A stretch of 64,000 nucleotides of DNA from Phoronis australis (Eukaryota; Animalia; Phoronida): contig NMRA01000204.1 of NCBI GenBank assembly GCA_002633005.1, positions 630,042 to 694,041 on the forward strand, in the 5' to 3' direction. Positions 1 to 62,360 of the stretch are shown in pieces. A program made the position numbers and the translations under genes. The notes below the pieces were generated by a model. The model saw nothing but the letters and a program-made list of their open reading frames with translations. It made no database searches and was not told where the DNA came from. Each line of letters begins with the position of its first letter. The first letter of the stretch is position 1.

Positions 1-917
1 ATAACCTAGTATAAAAGAACGGCAGCAAGCCGCCTTCCATCACGAACACCAACTATTGACTCGATCACGAATTAGTTTCAAATTGTTTCTCAATCAAATT
101 GAAGACAATTTCACGGCTTCGAAAGATGTGACACTTCGCTATTGCTCGCAATCAGGATCTACAAATTGGCTTAGCGCGTCATATTTTTGCACCAAGCACG
201 ATTTCGAAAAATAACGACCTTTCAGTTCTTTGCCATACCGTCATACACTATTTCTCTTCTGAAAAAGATACAAGTTCAGAACCCGTGGTCCAAATCAAGT
301 TCGCTTCCTAAACGAAAGGCGGATTTACAGCCGGACATAACTTCTGAAAAGCAATCCATACCAATTACGGGTAGGGACACAGCTGTGTTGATCCAATTCA
401 ATTTCTGTTTTCTCCGTTATATAGGTTCTCACGACATGCTCCTTATGAAGTGCATACAACTGCTGTTTTTTGTAGATTACTACAAAATCTTACCAAGCTT
501 CTTGTTTGGTTTGAAACTGAAAAGCTTACAAAACGTTAACTTATTCAACAGACCACATCATTGCTAGGTTTTTAAGAATGACTATGTAAACCACGTGACA
601 ACGAGGTTATGTAGGATATTACTGACAGGTTTGGCATTTTATCAAATATCTACAGAACTGTAGATTTCAAGTCAGTAAAAGCAGGAAGACTTCAGCGCTT
701 AAACTCAAGACAGACTGAGCTGGAATTACACCAGTGAGCACGAAAATGTCACAAGAACATGTTGCAATAGCAAGCATTAGCACTTTGCAATAAGAGACTC
801 AATGCTAACCTTCACGATTTCATTTTCACGAAAGAGGTCGCTCTAGCCGGCTGGTGACTGGTTGCCAAGCGAAGCAATATCTTTTCGAGAAAGTTTTCAT
901 GATTTATCGCCTGACAG

Positions 918-1372
918 GTAAGATCTTCAGACAACGTAACTGCACTAGGCAAAATTGCCAAGAAACGAGGCGGCTTGGTTAAGGAAGTGTTCACCGACGC
1001 AGATTCATTCGCAGTGTCATTTCCCATGGACTTGGACGTCAAAGTAAAAGCAACCTTGCTTGGAGCCATTTTTTTAATTGTGAGTAATCCAGAAATGAAT
1101 ATATACAGGGATAACCACTTACAGTAGGCTTCCCAACAACTCTTTTTGTCTGGTATAACATAACTTAAACATAACTTCACCTTGGCCTTGGGACCAGTCT
1201 AGCAGTGCAACAAGGACGTCACAGAAACAAAAATATCAGTGGTTAAGTTTTCCTGTCCACAATACACATGATTTTGCTAAAACTCCCTAAAAAGTCATAC
1301 ACCAATCTTGTAAAACTTATTCTAATACTGTAAATTTCTATTTTATAGGATTTCATGTACTTTGAGAGATAG
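918..1372 (+). CDS. Phospholipid scramblase family, last two coding exons (918-1079, 1349-1372); 5' exons not found in window
   Basis: cag|918 reads VRSSDNVTALGKIAKKRGGLVKEVFTDADSFAVSFPMDLDVKVKATLLGAIFLI|gtgagt. After tag|1349 it reads DFMYFER*. This matches the scramblase C-terminus (FTDADxFxxxFPxDLDVKxKA...FLIDFMxFE). AATAAA at 1535-1540. Confidence 0.93.
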
Positions 1373-3122
1373 ACAGCCTCACTACAACAGTGACAGAGCT
1401 TGCCAACAGTCTGGTGACATTAAATAGAGTAAATGTTACCATTACCTGAATAGTCAACTTCATTTTTACATTCACCATTTCTGTAACATTTACTTTCATA
1501 CCTGAAGCTCAAACAGCAACTTCATGGTATTATTAATAAAACTTTTGGTTTGTAATGAGTTTATTCTTTTTTATGCAAAACAGTCAACATTCTCAGGCAG
1601 AATTTTAATAAGACAGTGTGACATAGCACTAACTCTGCGTAGTACAAGGTTATTCTGATGAATAATCTACCATAGATGAACCATTACTTCGACAAAGAAC
1701 AGTTTTTCTTGCACGGACAGTAGACCACTAATTTCTCATACACAGCTGTTATTTTTATGAACCAACTGTGAAATGTATGAAATATAAGAAACTAATGATT
1801 AAAAGTGAGTGACAATGAAACATCAGGACTTGAATTGGCTACCTGCAGGGTAACCGGAAGGATCCCTTAATGACTTGTGCACAATATGCCTTTCCTCTAG
1901 GTAGGAAGTGTGTCTGCATGGAATATTGGGTCCCAAGGGGGTAATTGGGCATTACCAACAGGACTTCATGCAGCGTTGTCCTGGGCGTCCATTGGGACGC
2001 CCTAGCACTAATCTGGACGCCCTGACAAGGACGCCCAATGTATCATTTGGAGCCCTGTCAATCAGAATTTCTCCTTTGGACACCCACATTGTAAGATTAC
2101 TAGGACACCCCAGTTAATGAAAGAGAGAAGTTGGGCCTTTCAACTAAAAAATAGATATACAATGAATACAAAATGTATGTAAAGTGTTACAATGTTCAAA
2201 CCATTTTCAAAGTATTTAGTAGACCTGTAATCATAAGCAGGTGCTTGGTTGCCAGAGTGTCTGCCATAGACATGTTAGCATCATCTGTGTATTTTTCTTG
2301 TGTTGGTAACTGCAGCTTTGATGACTCATTGTACATTATATAAAGCTAGTTAAGATGATATGATAAACTTTATACCAGCAATTTGCACTCATGGTTCAAC
2401 CAAAATCTGTAATATCTGTAATACTTGTTTGGTTAGAAATTTGGCTGTTTTCGTAAATTTAGACATAAAAGTCTTGATCCACATATTTTTTTTTTAGTAA
2501 AAAGATCACTACAAGAGAGATGTTTTTGAAAACGTACATGTAAAAGACTTGTTCTGTGTGTGGGGGGAGGGGGTTACTGGTGAATGGTGGTGGGGAGTGG
2601 GGATAATGCGTCGTTGCAATCATGGATGCCCTGGAATCCTGGGAACCCCAGTTTGAACACCCTATTTTCGAAATCCTGGATAAAGCCCTGATTACCAAGT
2701 GCAAAACGCACTCCTAATCTGACTGAAAACTCCACCTGATGGATATTGCGCAAACATCTGCCCACTGCATCAGCTTTTTAATTCGAGTATCTTGACTTTT
2801 TCATTTCCTGCTTCTGACAATAACGCGTAGTTTCTGTTTCATAAAATCAGCGACACACGTTAAGGCTGAGTTATTGACAACACAAGTTTTAACCCTGTCA
2901 TGCACTCTCCTATAGTCCCATGATTCTGTTCATCCAATTGCTGCCAGTTAAAGCAAGTGCGTAGTTACATTGCAGTGTGAATTAACATATCCACAACTTC
3001 CTCGCTCTTTCCTCTCTCTGGGGCACTAATACACTCCAGACAGAAATGTGTCTCCCTCTCTCTGTAACCGAGGCATTAACAAGTGCCAGTCACAATAGAT
3101 ACTTGACTATTCTCTCCATCTT

Positions 3123-6100
3123 CTACTTCCCTATCCTCTGCACAACCCATTCTTGTTGACAGAGAGGACATCTGTTGTTCTGTTTCACCCACAACGACAT
3201 ACAACAGTTATGAAACGAATGATTGCACTCTCCCCATACAACTGAAATAACAATCATGCAGTCATGTCAATAAAATGAAATTCAGAGTTGACCACAGTTG
3301 AAAACAATGCTAAAGCCTAACCTCTGAGCATCTCATTCTGGCAAATGAAAGTCATTGAGCAGAGTTCTGTACCACACTACAGGGATCTGTACTACGCTGC
3401 AGGGTTCTACCACACTGCATATAAGTGGTTACATACCTGTGTTCCACAAACTTTTGACTTAAACATCTCATTGTTGGGACAACTGTTCCAAAGTCAAATA
3501 AGAAGTGATTTCTGGGTTTTGAAGGAACTGACTGATTTACAGAAACTTTAAACCAGGCTCTACATGTTGACATGTTCCAATGGGTCAGTTTATGTGTTCA
3601 TCACGGTCTTAAAATAACTGCCATTTCTTACGACCCCAGACACCACTCCTGGTCTTAGGAACAAGATGAGATCAGTTATATTACCAACAAGTGGTCTTGA
3701 TCAACAGTTTAGTCTCTGTGATGAATGCCTGTTTACAAAGGCAATTTATCTTACTAATATCTCATAAGCAAAACATTGACCAGCATATTCAAAACTGTTC
3801 CACATATGTCAGACTATGGGCAAATTAACTTATATTATTGGTATTTTTCTGAAAATGAACCCTTAACTGTTACTGCTTTTATTACACTGGAGATCTGGTA
3901 AATAGAAAGACAGTGACACTTCAAAGGGTTCCTCTATAAAAGAAGGAATAGAGTGACTTTACATTTCACCATTAAGACTAAAAGACATATGTTGGGCCAT
4001 TGCACTTCTGCACTGTTAACAAGAACCTCTCCCCTTCAGCTGTTATCAGGGACAGCAACCACCTCCGGTAAAAAATCTGAGGTTATGACCTGTTGAGAAT
4101 ACCTAAGTGACCTAGGTCCTGAGGACAACGATTGAATAGCTAACTTTCGAAATAGCCGCGCCATATTGAAATTCACAAACTCCTCAGACAGGGATCAGAT
4201 CTTTGGTGGGTAGGCGTTCAGCTCCAGCTAGAGATCCCATGCAATGGGAACAGGTTTCAACCTACTGGTATAAACACCGTTTTAACACCTTTCCTGCTAT
4301 TTCAGTGCCGCCAAATTTCCACTGCTGTGTAGTGCTATGTACTAATGCCTTACGAAAAAGGCAAACCTTTTCAAATATCAATGAATGAACAAGGACATCA
4401 TGTTCCCTACAGTTCCCACTGCGAAGAAGTATCCGCCAACAAAGCCAGTGGCTGTGGCCTGTAAAGCATGAGAATTTCAAACCCAGACAGTGTCAAAAAG
4501 CTAAAATAAATTAGTGAACTTAAACTAGTCAAAAAATGGGAGGGGCTGACATGGGAATTCATAATGAACCACTATGAAATAATTTTATTTCTGTCCACCA
4601 AATCTGAGTTGGAATCAATCGGAATTCACTTTCGTGCTCTCATTACTCTAGAGAGCACCAATACGAAAAGTCTCCTATTGTAGTGTTAGGGCCTTCACTC
4701 ATCTGAGTGGAAAGTTGCCGAACAAAGAATTGAGAGTCTTGACTTATCAGCACACACATCTAGTTCATAAGTATGGAATGAAGTGAGTTCCTCAAATTGT
4801 GTGAAAGCTATGAGAAATTTTTTCCAAGGCATACACACATTGTCTTTCTACAGTCATACATACCAACACACTCCTCTCGTTTATTTTCTGGCTGACATCT
4901 TAAACAAGCATCTGAAAGAGGTAATGTTTGCATTTATTACACAACAATTACATTAATTTACATAATAACATTTTAGCATCGTGTCCGCCTCATTTCAAGG
5001 ATTATGTTACTGATAGGTCTTCATTATCCTAGGACATGATGTTTTCTTAGTTATACTTTGTTCCATTGTTAGGTTCATGGGCACAAGTGCCCTGGTGGAT
5101 GTCAGTACTCAGTTTATCATTACTGGACTTATTTAGATTACCCAGTGCTAGAAAGGGAGTTATTCTCTCCACCCAAGCCCACCCTCTCTCGGACCAGGGG
5201 CCCATGCTCTCAAAAATCAAGAGAAGTGTTGTGACATACTGTCATACAGAACCTCTTTAAATCGCTTGCCTTGTTATTGAACGGTTTGGACACTTGACTC
5301 TCATACTGGTGACCTGTGTTCAACACCTGTCGTCGGCACGTTTTTTTCTACAGGACCGATTAGACAATACCACTGTCTCTACTGGCTCCAGTAGAGATGG
5401 TGGCCATCCCATAGGCCCTCAATACGTCGGAAGCTTTTTGACGAATTATGCCACAAACTGATTAAACCATCAACATCATGTTGCACATAGAGGGCCACCT
5501 TAGGAGACTTGATGTCTTTAATTCCTTCCAACTCAAACAAATGCTCCCACAATCTAAACTTTTTTCAATCAGTCCTTCATTCACTTGCCTAAGAGATATG
5601 ACATTATATCCCGAGGTGTGAGCGATTTAAAAATGGCGAGTTCTTGAATCAGGCAACTGAATGAAGGACTGATCGAAAAAAAAGTTTCATTGAGGGAGCA
5701 TTTGTTTGAGTTGGAAGGAATTAAATATGTCAATGGCCCCCTACAGTGTCCCTCTATGTACAATGGTTCGCAACATGATTTTGATGGTTTAATGAGAGTA
5801 AGGCATAATTTGCCAAAAAGCTTCCGGTGTATGGAAAGCCTATGGATGACTACCATCTCTACTGCAGCCAGTTGAGACAGTGGCACTGTCTCAGGTCCAA
5901 TATGCTCAGTGCATTACTGTACTAAAATGTTGTATAGCACTTGTAGTGAATGCGCTTCAGTGCATCTACGGTAGTGGCGTCACGCGGAAGTTTACATCAC
6001 ATCCTGGGACTTTAGAATTCCTGTAGAGCAGCAGTTCAAAGTTAGGGAGTTACCACTGTGAAGTCTGGGTGTTCAGATGGGTTATTGCTGTGTGTTTGAC

Positions 6101-6910
6101 TTGAGATAGTCACTGTGTACATTTGTGTATAAATGTATATATTAGCTTGCACGCAGTACTAGCAGTTTGTAGAGTTCTGAGTGGACTGAGAGAAGCTATT
6201 CTAAGGTAAGCTGTTCTAGTAGTAATACTTGCTTCTATCTTGTGACTCCGAAAGACGAGACTTGTTCAGAGAGATTAAATCATATTATTCAGAGTATTTA
6301 GTGTAACAGGCCAGGGGCAGGGTGGAGTCAGTTAAGTTGCATTATATTGTAACAATGTGTTTAGGGTGGCACACAACACATTTAACCAAACCTCTTAAAT
6401 TGTTTTAAAGGAAAAAAGAATGCTCTTGGTCAGTTCTTGCATGAAGTTGTGGTTTTATCAAAAATTGAATTCGTGTTTCTAGATCACTTAATTAGACCAG
6501 GCAGAAACTTCATAAAATTCTTTACTCAGTAGGTTATTCAGGTATCAACCAGCTGCTCTACAGCTTTCAAAATTGCTGCACAGATAAATCAAGAACAATA
6601 CTTAATGACATGGGTTCTTCCAGTATTTAGTAAATTATCTGCAAAGTGAATCGAAAGTGACAACTGACCAAAGCGTGATGTTCTCATGTTCACTCTTTCT
6701 CATCTCAGTTTCTGTCAAATTAGTTTTCTGGACAACCCAATCTCCATACTGTGACCAAGATAAAAACTTACCCATAACTTGGACTCTACAGATTGCACAC
6801 GTATCACTTTTTACGTCCCAGCTCCACATAGCAACCGCATTCCACTTCTTCAATGTGAACATTTTATCTGTTTTTGGTGGAGTTTCCCGATCTACTTCCA
6901 TCTCCGACAT
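3123..6910 (-). CDS. RNF7: RING-box protein 2 (RNF7/RBX2/SAG), complete, 3 exons: 6910-6772, 4911-4864, 3241-3123; 101 aa
   Basis: Spliced product [105 protein letters not shown] phase-1 introns are frame-consistent. The sequence is recognisably RBX2 rather than RBX1. Confidence 0.97.
5268..5347 (+). mobile_element. Degenerate tRNA-derived SINE head
   Basis: gccttgttattgaacggtttggacac...gacctgtgttcaacacctgtcgtcggca has A-box and B-box-like segments followed by a T-run. Stems are too mismatched for a functional tRNA. Confidence 0.45.
5462..5792. mobile_element. Palindromic MITE flanked by TTAA (RNF7 intron 1)
   Basis: ttaaaccatcaacatcatgttgc...ttccttccaactcaaacaaatgctcc...cagtccttcattca is mirrored by tgaatgaaggactga...ggagcatttgtttgagttggaaggaa...catgattttgatggtttaa. 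Arms are about 130 bp. Confidence 0.8.
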
Positions 6911-7270
6911 TTTGTCTGATTTGTCACGCTCCCTGGTGGTAAGTTTACAGAAATGAATAATATTTTGTTTTAAACTTTCTTGTTGGTTAGGTTAAACTGT
7001 AATTATCGGACTGTTATTACTAATTTATTTTGATGTGTTAAAATATCATGTAGGTTGTTTTCTCTACAAAGGCGAATAAAAACAAAGGCGAATGAAAAAG
7101 GTATTAGTCACGTGACAAAAGATGGAGGTCATAAACAAGGAAGTACCCTGTAGTTTCGAATTGGCATGGTGTGTTTACGTGAATACTGGTTGTGCGAATA
7201 GGTAATTACCTCGTAGGAACACGGTGCTGCGTCAAGTAATCTCTCAAGGGTATACACACGACAAGACAAG
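6911..7270. promoter_or_regulatory. Putative bidirectional promoter RNF7/SHARK
   Basis: Only 360 bp separate the divergent ATGs. It contains a palindromic E-box GTCACGTGAC (7107-7116), a YY1-like AAGATGG directly after it, and an ETS-like GGAAGT (7139-7144). Confidence 0.7.
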
Positions 7271-23926
<16,656 letters not shown>

Positions 23927-25499
23927 TTTTGTGTTGAAAGTCAGTACTTAGGTTTTGTCAACTTCCATGCAACTGGTGCTATGTGAGTTGTTTATGAAGA
24001 CCTGTCATGTGCCATGTTTGAGCTTGCGTGCTCATGTAATGTCATTGTAAAAAGCAATGTTTCATGTCAACGGGATATATCCTGCTTACTCTAAACCTTA
24101 AACTCAAATTATAAATCACTTTACTACAACAGTCAAATATGTCTCAACCTTGAGCTGATGATTTCCTTAATTGGAAAACAGACAGTTCATTTTTTACTGT
24201 TTATTTTTAATATGAAAACTGTACTGTACAATAATTGGAGCTCAGCCCAGAAAGCGTTATATCTGGTCATCAGCATGTATGAAAGAGGGAATGTCAAAGG
24301 TTAAAAGGTCAATCATGGCATGTAATTGTGAATGTCTTAGTGCTTCAGTTCAAACTGACGTTAACTTGGTATGTCTTCATACTCAGACTTAACGACTGCC
24401 ATTACGGCCAGTACATTGGTGAACTGTGTGGCAATTTAAATTGAAGGGGTTACGTTCTCGTAGCTAAGACTGGGCTAACACCATTGGATACAACTAGTCC
24501 TTATTTTTTATTGTTTATCAAGATGTAATAGACAATTATTGACTTTCAGCTATGCCAATGTTTTGGTTTTCAGGCTCGAAAAATGTGATTATGTTTAAGG
24601 TCATTATCACATTTTTGGGGCCTAAAAACAAACATGTCAACGAAGTGTGAAAGTCAGTGATTGCTTGCGTGATTACATCTACTAAGTAATTCATAGAAGG
24701 ATATGTTTGGCCTTTCAGTCATGTTACTCGTTTGATCATTCGGCAACCAGTTTTTACCTGCAACATAGATTTTGAATGGACTCGGAATAGACAAAGGAGC
24801 AGTCAATTACATATTGGGAAAGGTACCGTGATTGGAAGGCATATACGATGTTTTTAATGCAAAACAATCGAAAATCACCATTTGGTGATATCAATACTAT
24901 CGCTAGCGAGGTGCATGTCAGCACACTCAGCATACATGGTGTAAGTGATGTGTATAGAACATATAGCCTTTGAAAGCGCACCTTTTGGACAATAGCATGA
25001 AGGAAGGAACTGAGATGCCTTGATGAAGACACTTACTAGGGTCCAGCATTTTGAGAACCAGTTTTGTCCACTTATATAACAGGTTTCAAACTGGTTCTCT
25101 AATTACAGCACTCATATGTTTGATTATTGCCAAAGGTTGTATTCAAAGAATGGTTAATATTTTACTGTGCTCTGAATCTGAAAACAAACGTGATATCAGA
25201 GTTTAAATAGGGTAAAACAGACTAGGAAATTCAGTGATGTGCTAGTGGTGCAATGGTTTAGTGGCTTGTGAACAGGACGATCCTCAGATCAATATTGTGA
25301 TGAGATCTCCCAAATTTTTTTACAAAATAAATTTAACTACAATTTCATAGTAGCAGGCAGTATGATAGTAGGAGTAGTCAATGTGTAGAATTACAGACTG
25401 GCTGCTGGTGGGTTTATAACTACAAAATCTTTACAAATACGATATATTTCCATGTTCAACGTCGCGTCGTTTTTAACGAAATCTGCATCTAGGAGTCAC

Positions 25500-26913
25500 T
25501 ACTGCCAAATAGTACTAAGTTTCACGTTTTGTCTGTAGATACTAGGAAGTGCCTCTTGGGATCATATCTTTTGGTTTTATTTCACATAGTGCCATGGACA
25601 TTACCCAGTAACCACTAAGAAACATTTAAACAGGATATTGTCGTCACCTCTATCTTGCAGAATCTTACTGAAATTTGGCAGGTGTGTTCATATGCGGCTG
25701 ACACCGAGATTCGAACTGATCCGAATGCCGCTGTGCCCCCTAGTGACAATTTTAATTTTTACGTTTGCCTCAGTCTGTAGCTTCAAATTTCCTTGATGGA
25801 TTTTCATGAAATTTTGCAAATAGGTTTTTAATAAAGAAACAATGGTATCATTTCATTTTTGGATGGATTCAACAGATTTTACGCCACCTTGTGGCTATTT
25901 TGGCATCCGTTTTCTAGCATCCACCTCTCTATCTGCAGTACCGCTCAAAGGATCATTATGAAAATTTACATAAAGGTATTCCTGATAAGGCCACGACTGA
26001 TGTTGACTTTCGTCGGATGGTCCAACTATTGTGTTGTCTCCTAGTGGCGATTTGTTTTTTGCATCTGTAGCTGATTCTCCTTAACCCTTTGAAGGAACTT
26101 TCAATTGAAATTTGACAGATGTATTCCTATGGAGCTGACGACAAACAGTAACAAGTGTCGAACTAATCCAAATACTACTGTGCCTCCTACAGGCAAAATC
26201 ATGTTTTTTTTAAGTTTGCCTCAGTCTGTATCTTTGGAGTTCATTAATGTATTTTCTTTAAATGCAGCTAATAGATGGTCTCCTATAAAGAGGGCAACAG
26301 ATGATGATAAGTTTCAGACCAATCAGACTGTGACGGATTACAAGACAAACCGTCCAAGGCGAAACACTTGATGGCTTGAGGATATTGTTCGTTGTTGATA
26401 TTATGAAAGAGTTCCAGTGTTTAACTTGTATTACAATACATTTGAACCAGTGAACAACGCTTCATACTCACAGCTACGTTCGTTCATTCCAAAAAATACC
26501 GGCTACAGGTGTTCGCCACAACTCCTCGAGTGCCTGAACACGAGTTCCAGTTCAAACGCCAACCAATCACATGTTAAAGCCGAGTCCATGTGGTTAGGCC
26601 CCCAGAATTACAGCGACACCCATAGTCAATTAAATTAGGGAATCCGTTACACAGACTAAAGCTGTGCCCCCTAGTGTCAATTATTTTTTTACGTTTGCCT
26701 CTGTAACTCGGGAGTTCCTTTGTCTTAGTTCAAGGACTTCGGCAAATAGTTGTGTATTACAAAGACAGCGTCACCTTCTCAATTTGGATGGGTCTGATGC
26801 TTTCTGCACCATCTAATGGTGGCCATAGAACCACACCGTTTGCAGTGCAGTTGTGGGTGGATTTCAATGCTCCGCATCATAAATGTTCATTTGTATCATT
26901 TCATGCTCTTGTT
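25500..26913 (-). mobile_element. Helentron/DINE-like element copy (reverse orientation to the 47213 copy)
   Basis: The reverse complement starts aacaagagc...ggagcattgaaat...aaacggtgtggttct like the 47213 and 55886 copies. It has internal gccccctagtg motifs (about 25735, 26665). The left boundary is approximate. Confidence 0.65.
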
Positions 26914-28232
26914 CTGTGCTTATATATAATATACATTTGCACTGCCAGTCAAGAAGACATTTTATTCTTCGAAATACAGGTAACACAATTTTCAGCCTAC
27001 ACTAGACAATAATTTGAAAAATTGTGAACATTCGCAACTTTTGAATTGCTTGAAAATTGAAAAAATGTCAATATTTGGCAATCAGTTTGTATGTAATTGA
27101 GATTTTATCATAATCAGTATCAGAACCTACATCAACTTGTTTGCAAAGTAATAGAACTTCACAATTTTGTAATGAAATCGTTTCTGAATTTTATTCATTA
27201 ACTTTAATTTTCATGTCTTTCAACATCAAACTTGGCCTCATTTCAAGTTATTGGAAAATAATGTTCAGCATGAAAACTGTTTTTAAACAGATCTTGACCA
27301 AAACGTATTTAACATTGAGTGACCATAAAATAATAACATAACACAAGACAACACATCACTTGAGACAGATACAAAATATAAAACTATAAGTAAAATGGAT
27401 GTAAAGATGCCATAAAAAGTGGATACCCTTTTAATCATGGATAATGCAAGGCTAAAATTTCTGCCCACTTTGGAACTTTACTCTCGGATGCAAAACTAAC
27501 GAGACCATAGTAATTGATCACATATGAACAGTTACTGATACTGCCGTCTAGGGGAAGACAAGGAAACTTAACAGTTTTGAGTCAAATGCCATACATAGGG
27601 CCCAATACACCATGAGCATAAACACTTTATCAAGCCAACTATGTGCTCCATATCAACCACTCTGAAGTTGAAATGCATTCCAAGATTGCTAGGGGGCAGC
27701 ACGAATCACCAGTCGCATGCGTCCAATTGGGTGTTACAAATTTCCATGTAACCACCATCCCCAACAGGTTTTAGGCATTCTATGGTGCTTTGAACACGTG
27801 TATAACACTAATAAATCGATCAAATTTTGGCAACAGTCATTAAGTTACAAAAACGAAGACAGTATGGCACCCGAGATATCAGGCTCTTAGACTCGCACTG
27901 TATATGAACATAAAAAGAAATTTTGGAAAATACTCAAAGATAAGATGTGAAATCCTAACATACACATTAAGAAACCTTAATAACGTTAAACCCTTCACAC
28001 TATGATCATAAATGCTTGAATTTTGTTACCAACAATTTTGCCAAGATAATTTAAGTAATGCAGTAACTACATCTTCTTCAATTTGTGTACTCGTAATCGA
28101 GAAATAAACACAAAAATTAAAAATTTTGTGTGACGTCATCAACGGAAGTCCCGTCTCCACCATGGTGTTGTTCTACACCAGCTGTGAGACGAAGTGGTCT
28201 CGCAAAAGAGTTGAATATTGAACGAGACAAGT

Positions 28233-28481
28233 ATTGTGAAAAGGTGCGAGTGCAGAGGATGCAGTAATAGCAATCGGACGGACAATATTACAACTTATGT
28301 GTTTTCAAAAGACCCTAAGATCACCAAGAAATGGCACAGGTTCATGAGACGGATACGAGTATGGCAGTACACAGTGGAACAAACGATCAGTCGAGGGGCC
28401 ACACTGCACTCAGTTGATTTTGAGAAATCATGCTTAGACCCGTCGCAGAAATGGAGATTTGATTACGATTTCTCTGTGTAA
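28233..28481 (+). pseudogene. Decayed THAP zinc-finger ORF, probably a DNA-transposon relic
   Basis: (I)VKRCECRGCSNSNRTDNITTYVFSKDPKITKKWHRFMRR...ATLHSVDFEKSC fits the THAP pattern CxxxxC...F(P)xD....W...L(C)Sx(H)FE. The second Cys/His pair and the Pro are lost, and ATT stands where ATG is expected. Confidence 0.7.
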
Positions 28482-29751
28482 GAGCATTTGATGGACAAAA
28501 AGAGTGCACTGTGTTGTACCATTGCTAGGAACATCAGGCACATAATTATTCATTAGGAAAAGCCTATAATGAATGTGATTGCAGTAGGAAAGTTCTCATC
28601 AGTCTATTCTTGTTCAAGATTTTGTGTGAATGCATGCTATCCACATATATGTCAATACCCAATAGTAGAAAATGGAAATGTAGAACCCAGGCAAAGAGTT
28701 AGAGGTCACCACTGCAGAAGGCACAGTGGCTGAAGTCGGGCACGACCGAAATAACTGACAAACTTTGCAAAATGTTCATAACTTTGGAATGCACAAGACA
28801 GAAACGTGCATCTTCTAACAGAAATAAAATCCAGTTAGCATCACAATTAATTGTTCCTGACAAATGCACTTGGCAAATGAAATCAAAATGGTGGCTATTC
28901 GCGACTGGGTTTTGACAGTTGGGGTAAAAACTCTGGTAATAGAATTACAGTTTTGAGACATAAACATATTACTCAATAAAGTTATTTAAAACATTAAATC
29001 GTGATTCAATAAAAGGCTATATAGTACCAATCAGAAGTTAGCTCTGAAATCAGGACTGTCCGCAGACTGAGTAGGCTGCGGTGCAGGAGAATGGAGTTCG
29101 TACAGCCTCAAATGCACTAAGTCCGCAGATACGACGTGGGCTTGCTATCTGTTTCACCTATGGGTTGAGCGTCATCCTCACTCTCATCTCCATACCTTTC
29201 ATCTTAATACTCGTCAAGCTCGCTCTTTAAGTCTGTAACTTACAAAACCACCACTATCCACCATTGCATATTTGCAAGTTGCAAAGTAAGTTGGTCAACG
29301 TCTTCCACTGATGACATCACGCGGCGGGAAACCAAAAAATCATTTAATTTTTCCTTAAAATTAAAATCTCATTAATTATTTACCAAAATAAGTGTTTCTT
29401 TACTTAGATTTTATGTTATAAGGTTATCATACAAAATTTGAAACTTCAAAAAGTACAAAAATCCATTGTAGGAATACGGTGAGAATGCAACAGCATCCCT
29501 CACACTAACCATTACACTTCATCAGGTTCATGTGTGGCACTAAATCAGAAACAAAAGCAGTTTGCGGCTTGCAGTTACAACAAACTGTTTGGTTTTAACA
29601 CAGTTCCTAACACAAATTGGTCTACATTCAGTTAGGAATGGATTCTAGTATTCCACAGTTCTGTGCAAAAATATCAACACATTTATCATGCCATAATTTC
29701 TATGATAACACAACTTACAGTTGGTTCAACTAGTAATTTCACAGAGTACTT

Positions 29752-62360
<32,609 letters not shown>

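Noticed and set aside
187-567. 126-aa ORF as a gene or upstream scramblase exon
   Set aside because: It has a TTG start, no recognisable motif, and no scramblase-like frame.
812-1180. 122-aa minus-strand ORF
   Set aside because: It is an antisense shadow of the scramblase exon.
5268-5340. Functional tRNA gene (also about 25240 and 54655)
   Set aside because: Cloverleaf stems do not pair properly, so these were treated as SINE relics.
5928-6380. Solo LTR (TGT...ACA with ATTAAA)
   Set aside because: No matching target-site duplication and no second copy in the window.
29100-29200. Kolobok second-ORF (WCxCG-like) relic on the minus strand
   Set aside because: It requires reverting two stop codons and downstream residues do not fit, so the evidence is too weak.
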